Shown here in pieces: positions 36,126-46,856 of a stretch of DNA of 64,000 nucleotides. This stretch comes from Fusobacteriota bacterium (lineage in GTDB: Bacteria; Fusobacteriota; Fusobacteriia; Fusobacteriales; JBNJFI01). Position 1 is the first letter of the stretch. Every line of letters begins with the position of its first letter. The notes beneath the pieces were generated by a model, which worked only from the letters and a program-made list of their open reading frames with translations, was not told where the DNA came from and ran no database searches. Both the position numbers and the translations under genes were made by a program. The stretch covers positions 2,460 through 66,459 of the forward strand of contig JBNJFI010000002.1 in assembly GCA_051746725.1 (NCBI GenBank), given 5' to 3'.

Positions 36126-36377
36126 TTAAAATATTCTATGTATAAAATTAGATATAAAATTTAAGAGTAACAATACAATAAGCGGAGAAATATCTATTCG
36201 TCCCATTCTTCCAATTGGTATTAATACTCTAAAAGGAGCTAAAATCGGCTCCGTTATTCCATTTATAAAATCTACAAACTCATTTCTACTATGTGTTGGA
36301 ACAATCCATGATAAGATTATCCGAATAAAAATTAAAGCTTCAATAACATTTATAAGTAAAATTAAAATTCCTGCCAT
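36126..36377 (-). CDS. YggT-family membrane protein
   Basis: The protein is 83 aa with two TM helices. ILSWI...EPILAPFR is the YggT signature. Confidence 0.75.
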   Translation of the reverse strand: MAGILILLINVIEALIFIRIILSWIVPTHSRNEFVDFINGITEPILAPFRVLIPIGRMGRIDISPLIVLLLLNFISNFIHRIF

Positions 36378-36386
36378 AACTACCTC

Positions 36387-37175
36387 CTATAGTTCCTGCA
36401 CTTTTTTGTATGTCGCTTCTACTGTTTCAATTAGTGCTTTTCTAACTTTATTATTTTCTAAGGTAAACAATCCCGCCGCAGTTGAACCGCCAGGAGATGT
36501 CACCATATCCTTTAACTCTTCTGGATGTTTTCCTGTTTGTTTTATAAGTTCAGCAGATCCAATAAAAGTTTCAACGGCTAATTCCAAAGCTTTCTCTTTT
36601 TTCATTCCTAGTTTAACTCCACCTTCTGCAAGACTGTTTATTAACAGAAATACATATGCAGGTCCACTTCCAGAAATCCCTGTTAGAATATCTATTTGAT
36701 CTTCATTTTCCATAATCATTACTTTACCCGTTGCAGAAAGTATATTTTTAATTTTCTCTTTATCAGAACTTTTCTTTATCATATCATCAAAAACTACTCC
36801 AGATACCCCTTTTTTTATTAAAGCCGGAGTATTAGGCATAATTCTGACCACTCTACTTTCAGGTAAAATACTTTTAATTTCTTCTATTTTAATTCCTGCA
36901 GCAATTGAAAGTAAATATTTGGATTTTAAATCACAATTAATTTTATGTATATCTTTTAAAACATCTTTCATGATATTTGGCTTTATTGATAGTATAATAT
37001 ATTCAGAATTATTTATCAAGTTATTTATTGTTTTTTTTCTATCTATATTATACTCTTGAATCATATATTTTGATCTTTTTTCACTGATATCATAAAAACA
37101 AATATCATTCTCATCTTTTAGGGCACTTATATAGGCTTCTGCCATTTTCCCGGCCCCAATAAATCCTAATTTCAT
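36387..37175 (-). CDS. proC: pyrroline-5-carboxylate reductase
   Basis: The Rossmann motif is KLGFIGAGKMA. SGSGPAYVFLLINSL and VTSPGGSTAAG are ProC motifs. Confidence 0.9.
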   Translation of the reverse strand: MKLGFIGAGKMAEAYISALKDENDICFYDISEKRSKYMIQEYNIDRKKTINNLINNSEYIILSIKPNIMKDVLKDIHKINCDLKSKYLLSIAAGIKIEEIKSILPESRVVRIMPNTPALIKKGVSGVVFDDMIKKSSDKEKIKNILSATGKVMIMENEDQIDILTGISGSGPAYVFLLINSLAEGGVKLGMKKEKALELAVETFIGSAELIKQTGKHPEELKDMVTSPGGSTAAGLFTLENNKVRKALIETVEATYKKVQEL

Positions 37176-37183
37176 AATTCCTC

Positions 37184-37690
37184 CTATTTAAAATATTTCC
37201 GTGAATTAATAACATATTCATATCCAGACCAAATCGTAAAAAATAAAGGGATCATCATTAAAAACATACTATACATGGTTGTCTTAGTAAATAATATGGC
37301 CAATATGACTAACATTTGAGAAGTCGTCTTATATTTTCCAGCTTTTGATGCAGCTATTACATCTCCTTTTGATGCAGCTATTATTCTTATTCCAGTAACT
37401 AAAAATTCTCGAGTAATTATAATTATCAATATCCACGAAGGAATATATTGTAACTCGACAAAAATAATTAATGCAGATATCACCAAAACCTTATCTGCCA
37501 AAGGATCCATTAATTTCCCAAAATCAGTAATTAAGTTATCCCTTCTAGCAATATACCCATCAATAAAATCGGTCAAAGATGCTATTACAAAAATTATAAA
37601 TGCAATAAGAGTTAATTCTAATTTTAAAGATATTGCAAATGGGATTATTAAAAAAAATCTTGTTAAAGTAAGTTTATTTGGTAAATTCAT
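37184..37690 (-). CDS. pgsA: CDP-diacylglycerol--glycerol-3-phosphate 3-phosphatidyltransferase
   Basis: The CDP-alcohol phosphatidyltransferase motif DFIDGYIARR...GKLMDPLADK is present. Confidence 0.85.
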   Translation of the reverse strand: MNLPNKLTLTRFFLIIPFAISLKLELTLIAFIIFVIASLTDFIDGYIARRDNLITDFGKLMDPLADKVLVISALIIFVELQYIPSWILIIIITREFLVTGIRIIAASKGDVIAASKAGKYKTTSQMLVILAILFTKTTMYSMFLMMIPLFFTIWSGYEYVINSRKYFK

Positions 37691-37691
37691 A

Positions 37692-39017
37692 CTAAACTAT
37701 CCTCCCAACATAATCATAACCAAAATTTTCAGTTATTTCAACTTTTTTTATATCACCTATAACAGCCTGACCCGATTCAATAAATACTTTACCATCGATA
37801 TCATAAGCTTGTCTTTTAGCTCGCCCTTCATATAAAAAACTATCATCTTCTGAATCTTTATCTATTATAACATCAACTGTTTTTCCTACTAAATTTTGAT
37901 TTTTAATATTTGAGATAGTTTCTTGAATATCAGATAATTCTTGCCATCTTTTTTGCTTAATATCTTCTGGTATTTGTCCATCCATATTATAAGCAGGAGT
38001 TCCTTCTTCTTTTGAATATGAAAAAATCCCAACATAATCAAATTTTTCTTTTTTCAAAAAATCTTTTAATTGTTTGAAATCTTCTTCAGTTTCTCCAGGA
38101 AATCCGACTATTAAGGAAGTCCTTAATACTGCATTGGGAACTTTATTTTTCAGATCATGAATTAAGTCTTTAATAGTTTTAGAACTACTTACTCTGTTCA
38201 TTCTTTTTAATATTTCATCCGAAATATGTTGTATAGGTACATCAAAATAATTTATTATTTTATTATTGTTTTTTATTGTAGAGATTAGATCTTCACTAAA
38301 ATTGTCTGGATAAGTATAAAAAACACGTATCCATTCTATTCCAGATACCATACTTAATTCTTTTAATAATTCCGATAATCTTCGTTTTCCATAAATATCT
38401 TTTCCATAATCAGTCGTATCTTGTGCTATTATGCTTATTTCCTTAGTACCATTATTTGCTAATTTAGTTACTTCATTTTTAATATCTTCCATTGATCGAC
38501 TCCGGAAATTCCCTCTTAAATCTGGAATTATACAATAAGTACACCTATTATCACAACCTTCTGCAATTTTCACATAAGCTGTATGATCATTGGTAAGCAA
38601 TTTTCTTGGGGTATCACTTGTAGCGATATAATCTAAATTTTTAGTCTTTATATTTTTATCGTTTTTAAAAAGATTTTCTAAAATCTCTTCGATCTTCGAA
38701 ATTTCCCCTGTTCCAATAATTGCATCAATTTCAGGCATTTCTTCCATTAATTTTTCTGGATAACGTTGTCCTAAGCAGCCAGCTACGATAATTTTGCTTA
38801 CAATTCCTTTTTTCTTATATTCTCCTGCAGAAATTATTGTATTTATAGCTTCTTCTTTTGCATCCTGGATAAATCCGCAGGTATTAATAATCAAAACATC
38901 AGAGCTTTCAACTGAATCAGAGATTTCAATATTATGATCTGTATCTAATATTCCTAAAATATTTTCACTATCAACTTGATTTTTATGACATCCTAAACTT
39001 ATCAAACTTATTTTCAT
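37692..39017 (-). CDS. rimO: ribosomal protein S12 methylthiotransferase
   Basis: The UPF0004 domain has LGCHKNQ, the radical-SAM motif is CDNRCTYC and a C-terminal TRAM domain is present. The ATG at 39017 follows GGAGG; the track ORF extends to 39029. Confidence 0.85.
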   Translation of the reverse strand: MKISLISLGCHKNQVDSENILGILDTDHNIEISDSVESSDVLIINTCGFIQDAKEEAINTIISAGEYKKKGIVSKIIVAGCLGQRYPEKLMEEMPEIDAIIGTGEISKIEEILENLFKNDKNIKTKNLDYIATSDTPRKLLTNDHTAYVKIAEGCDNRCTYCIIPDLRGNFRSRSMEDIKNEVTKLANNGTKEISIIAQDTTDYGKDIYGKRRLSELLKELSMVSGIEWIRVFYTYPDNFSEDLISTIKNNNKIINYFDVPIQHISDEILKRMNRVSSSKTIKDLIHDLKNKVPNAVLRTSLIVGFPGETEEDFKQLKDFLKKEKFDYVGIFSYSKEEGTPAYNMDGQIPEDIKQKRWQELSDIQETISNIKNQNLVGKTVDVIIDKDSEDDSFLYEGRAKRQAYDIDGKVFIESGQAVIGDIKKVEITENFGYDYVGRIV

Positions 39018-39041
39018 TTTTTCCTCCACGATTCTAAAACC

Positions 39042-39078
39042 CTAAAAATTATGAGCCAAATTAACTCATAATTTTTAG
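39042..39078 (-). terminator. intrinsic terminator after pnp
   Basis: The perfect 14-bp stem CTAAAAATTATGAG/CTCATAATTTTTAG has a 9-nt loop and lies 24 nt downstream of the pnp stop. Confidence 0.6.
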
Positions 39079-39101
39079 TCTTTATTCTATAATAGTTCTT
39101 A

Positions 39102-41219
39102 TTATTTTTTCTTATCATCTTTTAATAATGCTTTTCGACTTAAAGAGAATTTTCCGTTTTTCTTATCTACTTCAATTACTTTAACTTCTATTTCTTCCCC
39201 TTCAGATAAAACATCTTCAACATTTTTGATTCTTTTATTTGCAACTTTTGATATATGTAATAACCCTTCTTTTCCAGGTAATATTTCAACAAAGGCTCCA
39301 AAATTAGTTATTTTTTTTATTTCTCCTTTATAAACTTTTCCTTTTTCAACATCTTTTGTTTGCAATTCTATTTCTCTTATAGTTTCTTCCAATTGTTCTT
39401 TGGTATCAGAATAAACTTTAACCGTTCCATCATCTTCAATATTAATTTGAGATCCAGTTTTTTCAATTATTGCTTTAATGTTTTTACCTGCTGGCCCAAT
39501 TAATCCTCCAATTTTTTCTTTATCGATTTTAAGAGTTTCAACTCTAGGTACATTTTCCGCAAAATCTTCCTTAGGTTTTTCAATTGCTGCATTCATTGTA
39601 TCAAGAATTGTTAATCTTGCGTCTAAAGCTTGCTTTAAAGCTTGCTTCATTATTTCTTTACTGATTCCAGTAATCTTAATATCCATTTGAATAGCAGTTA
39701 TTCCATCCTTTGTTCCTGCAACTTTAAAGTCCATATCTCCAAGATGATCTTCTAATCCCATTATATCTGTTAATACAACATGATCTTCTCCCTCTTTAAT
39801 AAGTCCCATTGCAATTCCAGCTACAGCAGATTTAATTGGAACCCCTGCTTCCATAAGTGCCAATGAACCTCCACATATACTTGCCTGTGATGATGATCCA
39901 TTTGATTCAGTTATTTCAGAAACAACTCTTAATGTATATGGAAATTCTTCTTCATCTGGTAGAACATAGCTTAAAGCTCTTTCTGCTAAATTACCATGAC
40001 CTAACTCTCTTCTTCCAGGACCCCTCATATACCCAGCTTCTCCTACACAATATGGTGGAAAATTATAATGCATATAGAATTTCTTTTTGACTTCCTCATC
40101 TAAACCATCTATAATCTGCTCATCTGCTGCAGTTCCCAATGTAGCTGATACCAAGGCTTGAGTTTCTCCTCTTGTAAATAAAGCAGAACCATGTGGGTTA
40201 GGTAAAATATCAATTTGAGCGTCTAAATTTCTAATTTCATCTGTTTTTCTTCCATCAACTCTATGTTTTTTATATAAAATAGCTTTTCTTACCATATCTT
40301 TCATTAAATCATGATAATATGTCTTAAAATCAGATATGATATTGTCTAATTCTTCACTATCTTCATATTTTTCTTCTAATTTTTCAATACATTCCTTTTC
40401 TAAAGAATCTACAGCTTCTTCTCTTGCTTCTTTTCCTTTGGAAGCTACTGCATCAGCTAAAGCTTTTTCAACTTCCTCTGTTACTATTTCTTTAGATTCA
40501 GTCATTAATTCTGGTTTTTCAAATTCCCATTTTTCTTTCCCAGCCATTTTTCTGAACTCTTCTTGAAAAGTAACTATTTTTTTTATTTCATCATGACCCT
40601 TCATAATAGCTTCTAGCATAAGATCTTCTGATATCTCATTAGCTCCTGCTTCTACCATAGTAACAGCATCTTTTGTACCTGCTACTGATAATTCTAAATC
40701 ACTCATTTCTAATTGCTCTGGAGTAGGATTAATTACAATTTCATTATCAATATATCCAACATTAATTCCTCCAACAGGTTCCGTAAAAGGTATATCTGAA
40801 ATAATTAAAGCTGTAGAAGCTCCTATCATTCCAAGTATGTCTGGAGTATTTACCCCATCATAAGACAATACAGTTAATACTATATGTACTGCATTTTTAT
40901 AACCATCTGGAAATAGCGGTCTTATTGGTCTATCTATTAATCTTGCAGTCAAAGTAGCTTTTGTAGAAGGTCTTGCTTCTCTTTTAAAAAAACCTCCTGG
41001 AATCTTACCTGCTGCATACATTTTTTCTATAAAATCTACAGTTAATGGAAAAAAATTAGTCCCTTTTTTAGGTTCTTTTTCTCCTACTACTGTTGCTAAA
41101 ACGGTTGTTCCTCCATAAGTAACTAAAACTGCACCATCGGCTTGCCGAGCTACTTGTCCTGATTCTACTTTTAAAGTCCTCCCTGCTAGCTCCATTTCTA
41201 AAACTTTCTTGTCAAACAT
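39102..41219 (-). CDS. pnp: polyribonucleotide nucleotidyltransferase (PNPase)
   Basis: There are two RNase PH domains, then KH and S1 domains. [20 protein letters not shown] is the S1 motif. Confidence 0.95.
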   Translation of the reverse strand: MFDKKVLEMELAGRTLKVESGQVARQADGAVLVTYGGTTVLATVVGEKEPKKGTNFFPLTVDFIEKMYAAGKIPGGFFKREARPSTKATLTARLIDRPIRPLFPDGYKNAVHIVLTVLSYDGVNTPDILGMIGASTALIISDIPFTEPVGGINVGYIDNEIVINPTPEQLEMSDLELSVAGTKDAVTMVEAGANEISEDLMLEAIMKGHDEIKKIVTFQEEFRKMAGKEKWEFEKPELMTESKEIVTEEVEKALADAVASKGKEAREEAVDSLEKECIEKLEEKYEDSEELDNIISDFKTYYHDLMKDMVRKAILYKKHRVDGRKTDEIRNLDAQIDILPNPHGSALFTRGETQALVSATLGTAADEQIIDGLDEEVKKKFYMHYNFPPYCVGEAGYMRGPGRRELGHGNLAERALSYVLPDEEEFPYTLRVVSEITESNGSSSQASICGGSLALMEAGVPIKSAVAGIAMGLIKEGEDHVVLTDIMGLEDHLGDMDFKVAGTKDGITAIQMDIKITGISKEIMKQALKQALDARLTILDTMNAAIEKPKEDFAENVPRVETLKIDKEKIGGLIGPAGKNIKAIIEKTGSQINIEDDGTVKVYSDTKEQLEETIREIELQTKDVEKGKVYKGEIKKITNFGAFVEILPGKEGLLHISKVANKRIKNVEDVLSEGEEIEVKVIEVDKKNGKFSLSRKALLKDDKKK

Positions 41220-41237
41220 TATTTCCTCCCTTTAAGA

Positions 41238-41263
41238 AAAAAACGGGATTTCTCCCGTTTTTT
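41238..41263 (-). terminator. rpsO terminator / pnp leader hairpin
   Basis: The minus strand reads AAAAAACGGGA-gaaa-TCCCGTTTTTTT immediately after the rpsO stop and about 20 nt before the pnp RBS. Confidence 0.7.
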
Positions 41264-41523
41264 TATTTTCTTATTCCTAATTTTTTAATTAATTTTCTAT
41301 ATTTTTCAATATCTTTTTTCTTATAATACTTTAATAATCTTTTTCTTTTACCTACCATTTTTAATAAACCTAATCTTGAATGCTTGTCTTGCTTATGTTT
41401 CTTTAAATGTTCAGTAAGATTATTAATTCTATCTGTAAGTAATGCTATTTGCACTTCAGAAGAACCAGTATCTTTCTCGTGTCTTTGAAACTCATTAAGA
41501 ATTTTTTCCGTGTTTTGTGCCAT
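41263..41523 (-). CDS. rpsO: 30S ribosomal protein S15
   Basis: The protein is 86 aa. [13 protein letters not shown] and [18 protein letters not shown] are S15 motifs. Confidence 0.95.
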   Translation of the reverse strand: MAQNTEKILNEFQRHEKDTGSSEVQIALLTDRINNLTEHLKKHKQDKHSRLGLLKMVGKRKRLLKYYKKKDIEKYRKLIKKLGIRK

Positions 41524-41603
41524 TATTATCTCCTCCTATTTTGAATTATCTATTCCAAGTAAATGGACGGCTTACCACAAACCTAGAACAAATTTATAAA
41601 GTA

Positions 41604-41632
41604 ATTATATCATATCTAATTACTTTTGTAAA
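41604..41632 (-). promoter_or_regulatory. rpsO promoter (TTTACA-17-TATAAT with an extended TG)
   Basis: On the minus strand TTTACA lies at 41632-41627 and TGATATAAT ends at 41604. This leaves a leader of about 75 nt before the rpsO RBS. Confidence 0.7.
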
Positions 41633-41669
41633 TAGATTTTTGGGTTCTTTTATCTTATGTATATATTTT

Positions 41670-42521
41670 TTATATATTATTTTGATCTTTGTAAGCTTTT
41701 ACTGTATTTTTTAGTAACATTGCAATAGTCATTGGACCAACTCCTCCAGGAACTGGAGTAATTTTAGAAGCTTTTTTGCTAACATTTTCATAATCAACAT
41801 CCCCGGTTAGCTTTCCATTAACTTTATTAATTCCTATATCAATAACTATAGCATCTTTTTTAACCATATCCTCAGTTATTAAATCTGGTTTTCCTACACC
41901 TACTATTAAGATATCTGCATTTAGTGTGTGTTTTTTTAAATTATCTGTATGTATATGACATATTTCTACTGTAGCAAAAGAATTTAAAAGTAATGATGCC
42001 ATGGGTTTACCAACAATATTACTAGCTCCAACTACAACAGCATTTTTACCTTTAACATCTATATCATATTCTTTAAACATCTCCATAACCCCTAGAGGAG
42101 TACAAGGAGCAAATGAATCCAAACCAATCAATAATCGACCAGAGTTATAAGGGTGAAAACCGTCTACATCTTTTTTGATTGAAACAGCTTCCACTATTCT
42201 TTCCGTGTCTATGTGATCAGGCAAAGGTAATTGAACTAAAATTCCATTTATTTTATCATCTTTATTTAAATTTTCTACTTGCTTTAATAATTCCTCTTCT
42301 GAAATATCATCGTCAAATCTTTTAATTTCAGAATAAATCCCTGCTTCCTTACAAGATCGCCCCTTCATTTTTACATAAGTTTCACTTGCAGGATCTTCCC
42401 CTACTAAAATAACTGCTAATCCAGGAACTTCACCTATTTTTGCCTTTAATTCTGAAACTTCCTTTTTAAGATTTTTTTTTACCTTTTTTGCCATTTTTCT
42501 TCCATCAATAATCTTTGTCAC
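41670..42521 (-). CDS. folD: bifunctional methylenetetrahydrofolate dehydrogenase/methenyl-THF cyclohydrolase
   Basis: ILVQLPLP, VVGASNIVGKPM and TPVPGGVGPMTIAMLL are FolD motifs. Confidence 0.95.
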   Translation of the reverse strand: MTKIIDGRKMAKKVKKNLKKEVSELKAKIGEVPGLAVILVGEDPASETYVKMKGRSCKEAGIYSEIKRFDDDISEEELLKQVENLNKDDKINGILVQLPLPDHIDTERIVEAVSIKKDVDGFHPYNSGRLLIGLDSFAPCTPLGVMEMFKEYDIDVKGKNAVVVGASNIVGKPMASLLLNSFATVEICHIHTDNLKKHTLNADILIVGVGKPDLITEDMVKKDAIVIDIGINKVNGKLTGDVDYENVSKKASKITPVPGGVGPMTIAMLLKNTVKAYKDQNNI

Positions 42522-42573
42522 TTAACAAGCCTCCTTATTTTTTATAGTTCTGTGAGGATATCATTATTTAAAA

Positions 42574-43209
42574 TTATTTATTTTTAGCATTTTTCCAATA
42601 GTTTAGTTCTTGTAATTTTGCATATAAATCAACATTTTTTATTGTAACGTCTCTTAAAGGTTTTAATTTTACCGGTGCAAAATTTAAAATAGCTTCTATT
42701 CCTGCTCTTGCCAATCGGTTAGATATTTCTTGAGCTGCCATTTTCGGAACAGCAATTATTGCAGTTTCAACATCAGGGTTTTCTTCTAAATATGATTCTA
42801 ATTCAGAAACATCAGCAACTTCAACTCCTTGAATAGTCGACCCAACTTTTTCCGGTGATTTATCAAAAGTTTTCATTAATTTAAATTTTTCTTTTGTAAA
42901 TTCAGGTTCTGCTAATAGAGCATTTCCTAATCTACCTACTCCAACTAGTATAATTTGGTGTACTGTATCAACCCCTAATATTTTTTCTATATCATCATAT
43001 AGCGCCTTTATATGATACCCTTTTCCTCTAACTCCAAATTCTCCAAAATTAGATAAATCTTTCCTTACTTGTGCTGCTGTATACCCCATTTTAGTTGCTA
43101 AAGTTTCAGATGAAATATAATCCGAACCATCTAAATTTTCTAAACATCTTAAATATTTAGTTAATCTTTCAATCACTCTTGGTGAAATTTTTTTCTTTTT
43201 CTTTTTCAT
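42574..43209 (-). CDS. rex: redox-sensing transcriptional repressor Rex
   Basis: The wHTH is ISSETLATKMGYTAAQVRKDLSNFGEFGVRGKGY, followed by the Rossmann motif GVGRLGNAL. The ATG at 43209 follows GGAGGAGA; the track ORF extends to 43248. Confidence 0.85.
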   Translation of the reverse strand: MKKKKKKISPRVIERLTKYLRCLENLDGSDYISSETLATKMGYTAAQVRKDLSNFGEFGVRGKGYHIKALYDDIEKILGVDTVHQIILVGVGRLGNALLAEPEFTKEKFKLMKTFDKSPEKVGSTIQGVEVADVSELESYLEENPDVETAIIAVPKMAAQEISNRLARAGIEAILNFAPVKLKPLRDVTIKNVDLYAKLQELNYWKNAKNK

Positions 43210-43225
43210 TTCTCCTCCTAGTCTT

Positions 43226-44170
43226 TTATTTGTTTTTAAATTTATCACTTTTTTTTATATATTTACCATTAATTGCATCTATCCCTGACATTTTTTGTTT
43301 GTTAGCTGGTTGAACTTTCTTTAAAATAACTCCTCCATTTTTAACTTTAACCAAAGGACCTTTATCCTTTATAAGCCGTATTACTTGACCATTTTGTAAT
43401 TTTTGTTCTCCAGGAGTTATCTCCACCTTTTTAACTTCATATATTTTAAATCTTTTTTTATTTAAAAAAGAATATGCCGTTGGAAAAGGATTTAATCCTC
43501 TAACAAAATTAAATAAGTCTTCTTTTGTCATATCCCAATTGATCATAGCATCTTTTTTGGAAATAGGTTTTGCATAAGTAGCTTTTGAATCATCTTGAGA
43601 AATAGCCTTGACTTTTCCATCTTTTATTAAATCCAAAGCTTCTTTTAAAGCCTTTCTTCCCAAAATAGATAACCTATCATGAATTGTTTCTAAGTTATCA
43701 TCTTCTTTTATCTTTGTTTCTTTTTTCAAAATCATATCTCCAGCATCCAATTTAGGCTCAATATACATTACTGTTACTCCTGTTTTTTTCTCTCCATTGA
43801 TAATCGAATATTGTAAAGGAGCCGCACCTCTATATTTAGGTAATAAAGAAGCATGAATGTTTATAGTTTTAAACTTAGGTATATCAATTAATTGTTTTGG
43901 TAAAATTTTTCCATAGGCTACCACAACAATTATGTCCGGATCTAGACCTTCCACTAAAGCTATAGTATCTTCAGACTTAACAGATTTAGGTTGATAAACA
44001 TCCAAATTATTATCAATAGCATATTTTTTTACAGGAGAATACCTAATCTTATTACCACGCTTATTTACCTTATCAGGTTTAGTAAATACTCCTACCACTT
44101 CATGTTCCTTATTTAAAAGATCCAATGACTCAACTGAAAATTCTGGAGTTCCCATAAAAATAACTCTCAT
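43226..44170 (-). CDS. fmt: methionyl-tRNA formyltransferase
   Basis: MRVIFMGTPEF and NIHASLLPKYRGAAPLQ are Fmt motifs. Confidence 0.95.
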   Translation of the reverse strand: MRVIFMGTPEFSVESLDLLNKEHEVVGVFTKPDKVNKRGNKIRYSPVKKYAIDNNLDVYQPKSVKSEDTIALVEGLDPDIIVVVAYGKILPKQLIDIPKFKTINIHASLLPKYRGAAPLQYSIINGEKKTGVTVMYIEPKLDAGDMILKKETKIKEDDNLETIHDRLSILGRKALKEALDLIKDGKVKAISQDDSKATYAKPISKKDAMINWDMTKEDLFNFVRGLNPFPTAYSFLNKKRFKIYEVKKVEITPGEQKLQNGQVIRLIKDKGPLVKVKNGGVILKKVQPANKQKMSGIDAINGKYIKKSDKFKNK

Positions 44171-44178
44171 AAATTATA

Positions 44179-44685
44179 TCACAACCTTTTTAATTCGTTT
44201 TTAGTATTTCTTGCTAATTTTTTCAACTTTTTTGATATTAATTTTTTTCTAAGTCTTGAAACTTTATCTACAAATAAAACTCCTTCTAGATGATCAAACT
44301 CATGCAAAAAAGCTCTTGCATCCATTCCATTTAAAATTTCTTCAATTTCTTTTCCAGTTTCATCTAAATATTTCACCTTGATTTCTAAAGGCCTTTTTAC
44401 TTTAGAGTATATTCCTGGAATACTCAAACAACCTTCTTCCTTAGTATCATCCTCATCGGATTTCTTTAAAATAATAGGATTGATAACTTTTTTAGTTTCT
44501 CCAGCAATTTCAGTTAAAAAAACTCTTTTTAATATTCCGACTTGGGGAGCTGCTAATCCCGCCCCAGAAGCTTCATGCATGGTGTCTTCCATTTTAATTA
44601 TCAAACCTTTAATATCATCAGTAAGTTCATCTACTTTTTTGGATTTTTTCCGCAAAAGCGGATTCCCATATTTGATTATTTTCAC
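44179..44685 (-). CDS. def: peptide deformylase
   Basis: The three PDF motifs GAGLAAPQVG, EGCLSIPG and HEFDHLEG are present. Confidence 0.95.
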   Translation of the reverse strand: MKIIKYGNPLLRKKSKKVDELTDDIKGLIIKMEDTMHEASGAGLAAPQVGILKRVFLTEIAGETKKVINPIILKKSDEDDTKEEGCLSIPGIYSKVKRPLEIKVKYLDETGKEIEEILNGMDARAFLHEFDHLEGVLFVDKVSRLRKKLISKKLKKLARNTKNELKRL

Positions 44686-44708
44686 TTTAATTCCTCCCTA
44701 TTTGATTA

Positions 44709-46856
44709 TTACAAAAGATTAATTGGATCTACATCAATTGTAACTCTTATATCTTGTTTTTTAAACTTTGAAAATTTATCATACAATTCAAATTTATAAT
44801 TATTAATCTCTTTTCGCTTCCCTTTAATAAAAATTTGGAACCTATATCTTTTTTGAATTCGATATAAGGGAGCTTCAAAGGGACCATATATAGTTAATTT
44901 ATCAGTTTTTATTTTATTATAAAAATTCTGAGCTTCAATTTTCAATTTTTTTTCATTTTCAGAAGAGACTATAATATTAATTAGCTTTCCAAAAGGTGGA
45001 TAGTTTAATTCACGGCGCATTTTAATCTCTTTTTTATATAGATTATCATAATCATAATTTAATGCATTCTGAATCACATAATGATCTGGAGAATAAGTTT
45101 GAATCAAAACTTCTCCTTTTTCAGCTCCTCTACCTGCTCGTCCAGATGCCTGTACTATAAGATTAAAAGTCTTTTCTCCTGCTCTAAAATCAGGAAAATT
45201 TAAAGTAGCATCAGCTGAAATAATTCCAACTAAAGTTATATTTGGAAAATGAAATCCTTTGGAAATAATCTGTGTTCCCACTAATATATCGTATTTTTCA
45301 GCTAAAAAGTCATTATAAATTTTTTCATAACTTCCTTTTGTTTTTACCGTATCTGAATCAACTCTTAATATTTTTGCTTCTCGAAAATACTCTTGTAATT
45401 TTAATTCTAATTTTTCTGTTCCTTTACCATAAAATTTTAAATCCTTACTTCCGCATGATTTACAAATATTTTCAAACTTTTTTGTATAATCACAATATGA
45501 GCACCTTAATTCATTATCATATTTATAATAACTTAAAGTTACAGAGCAGTTTGGACAACTTTCGGTTTCTCCACAACTTTTACATTGAACAAAACTTGAA
45601 TATCCTTTTCTATTTAAAAAAATCAAAACCTGTTCTCTCTTTTGTAGTCTTTTGGAAATCTCTTCAAGTAGTTTTTCACTTAAATTTGAATCTTTTTCTT
45701 TTTTCATATCTACGATTTCTACTTCAGGCAACTTTTTAGAATTATATCTTTTCTTTAATTCTAAAAGTTCAAAAATCCCTTTTTTTGCATAATCATATAT
45801 ATCTATCGATGGAGTCGCAGATCCTAAAATTATCTTAGCATCTTCTAACTCTGCTCTTTTTATTCCAACATATTTAGCATTATATCTTGGATTTGAATCT
45901 TGTTTATAGGTGGTTTCATGTTCCTCATCAATAATTATATATTCTAAATTTTTTACTGGAGCATATATTGCGGACCTAACTCCTAAAACAAATTTTTTCT
46001 GTCCTCTATTTAGACTATACCATTCATCGGCTCTCTGTTTATTTGTTAATCTACTATGTAATACAGCTATATCTTTGGCAAATTCTTTTTTAAATCTTTG
46101 AACCATCTGAGGAGTTAAAGATATTTCGGGAACTAAAAACATTCCCCCTTTGCCATTTTTTATAGCTTCTTTTATAAGTTCAATATATACTTCAGTTTTT
46201 CCAGACCCAGTAATACCCTTTATTAAAAATCTATTTTTATCACTTTTTATAATAGTATCTCTAACTTTTTTTTGATCTTCTGTTAATTTAATATTTAAAC
46301 TTGCAATCTCATCATATACATTTTTTTGTAAAAATCTTTCATTTGATCTGATCTCTTTATTTAATTTTATTACTCCCATTTTATCAAATTTTTCAACAAG
46401 CTCTTTTCCAAAATGTTTATATAGAGTTTGAGGAGTTATTTCTTGCTTTTTTTGCATATATTCTAGAAATTTAGTTTCATTTTGGTTAGTTGGAATAATT
46501 GGTTTAACATAGGAATATCTTTCATATATATTTGCCTTTAAGTCTTTTGGATAAGCAGCAGCTATCACATCTTTAATATCTGCCAAATAATATTCTGAAA
46601 TCCATAGTAATAATTTAATCATGTGTTTTGGTATACTAGGCTGATTTTTTATTAGAGAATCTATTTTTTTCACTTTATATTTATATTCTTTTTTTTCTTC
46701 CTTTTTTAAAATTAAAGCAATTTTTTCCTTTTTCCCAAATTTTACTAAAACCCAATTTCCAATTTTGTATTTATACTTGTCACCTTTATAAGTGAAAAGT
46801 TTACCTTTTATCCCATCAACATAAAGAGAGTAAAAAATTATATTATCTTTGCTCAT
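44709..46856 (-). CDS. priA: primosomal protein N' (replication restart helicase PriA)
   Basis: Motifs seen are Walker A GITGSGKTEVY and DEEH. Double zinc-finger Cys clusters CKSCGETESCPNC...CSYCDY...CKSCGS are present. Confidence 0.9.
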   Translation of the reverse strand: MSKDNIIFYSLYVDGIKGKLFTYKGDKYKYKIGNWVLVKFGKKEKIALILKKEEKKEYKYKVKKIDSLIKNQPSIPKHMIKLLLWISEYYLADIKDVIAAAYPKDLKANIYERYSYVKPIIPTNQNETKFLEYMQKKQEITPQTLYKHFGKELVEKFDKMGVIKLNKEIRSNERFLQKNVYDEIASLNIKLTEDQKKVRDTIIKSDKNRFLIKGITGSGKTEVYIELIKEAIKNGKGGMFLVPEISLTPQMVQRFKKEFAKDIAVLHSRLTNKQRADEWYSLNRGQKKFVLGVRSAIYAPVKNLEYIIIDEEHETTYKQDSNPRYNAKYVGIKRAELEDAKIILGSATPSIDIYDYAKKGIFELLELKKRYNSKKLPEVEIVDMKKEKDSNLSEKLLEEISKRLQKREQVLIFLNRKGYSSFVQCKSCGETESCPNCSVTLSYYKYDNELRCSYCDYTKKFENICKSCGSKDLKFYGKGTEKLELKLQEYFREAKILRVDSDTVKTKGSYEKIYNDFLAEKYDILVGTQIISKGFHFPNITLVGIISADATLNFPDFRAGEKTFNLIVQASGRAGRGAEKGEVLIQTYSPDHYVIQNALNYDYDNLYKKEIKMRRELNYPPFGKLINIIVSSENEKKLKIEAQNFYNKIKTDKLTIYGPFEAPLYRIQKRYRFQIFIKGKRKEINNYKFELYDKFSKFKKQDIRVTIDVDPINLL

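Noticed and set aside
42522-42573. I searched the rex-folD spacer and other intergenic regions (for example 36033-36125, which contains TGTGAAAATAAT) for a Rex operator.
   Set aside because: Only half-site-like TGTGA strings were found, with no matching TCACA partner at the proper spacing. I cannot support a Rex box by eye.
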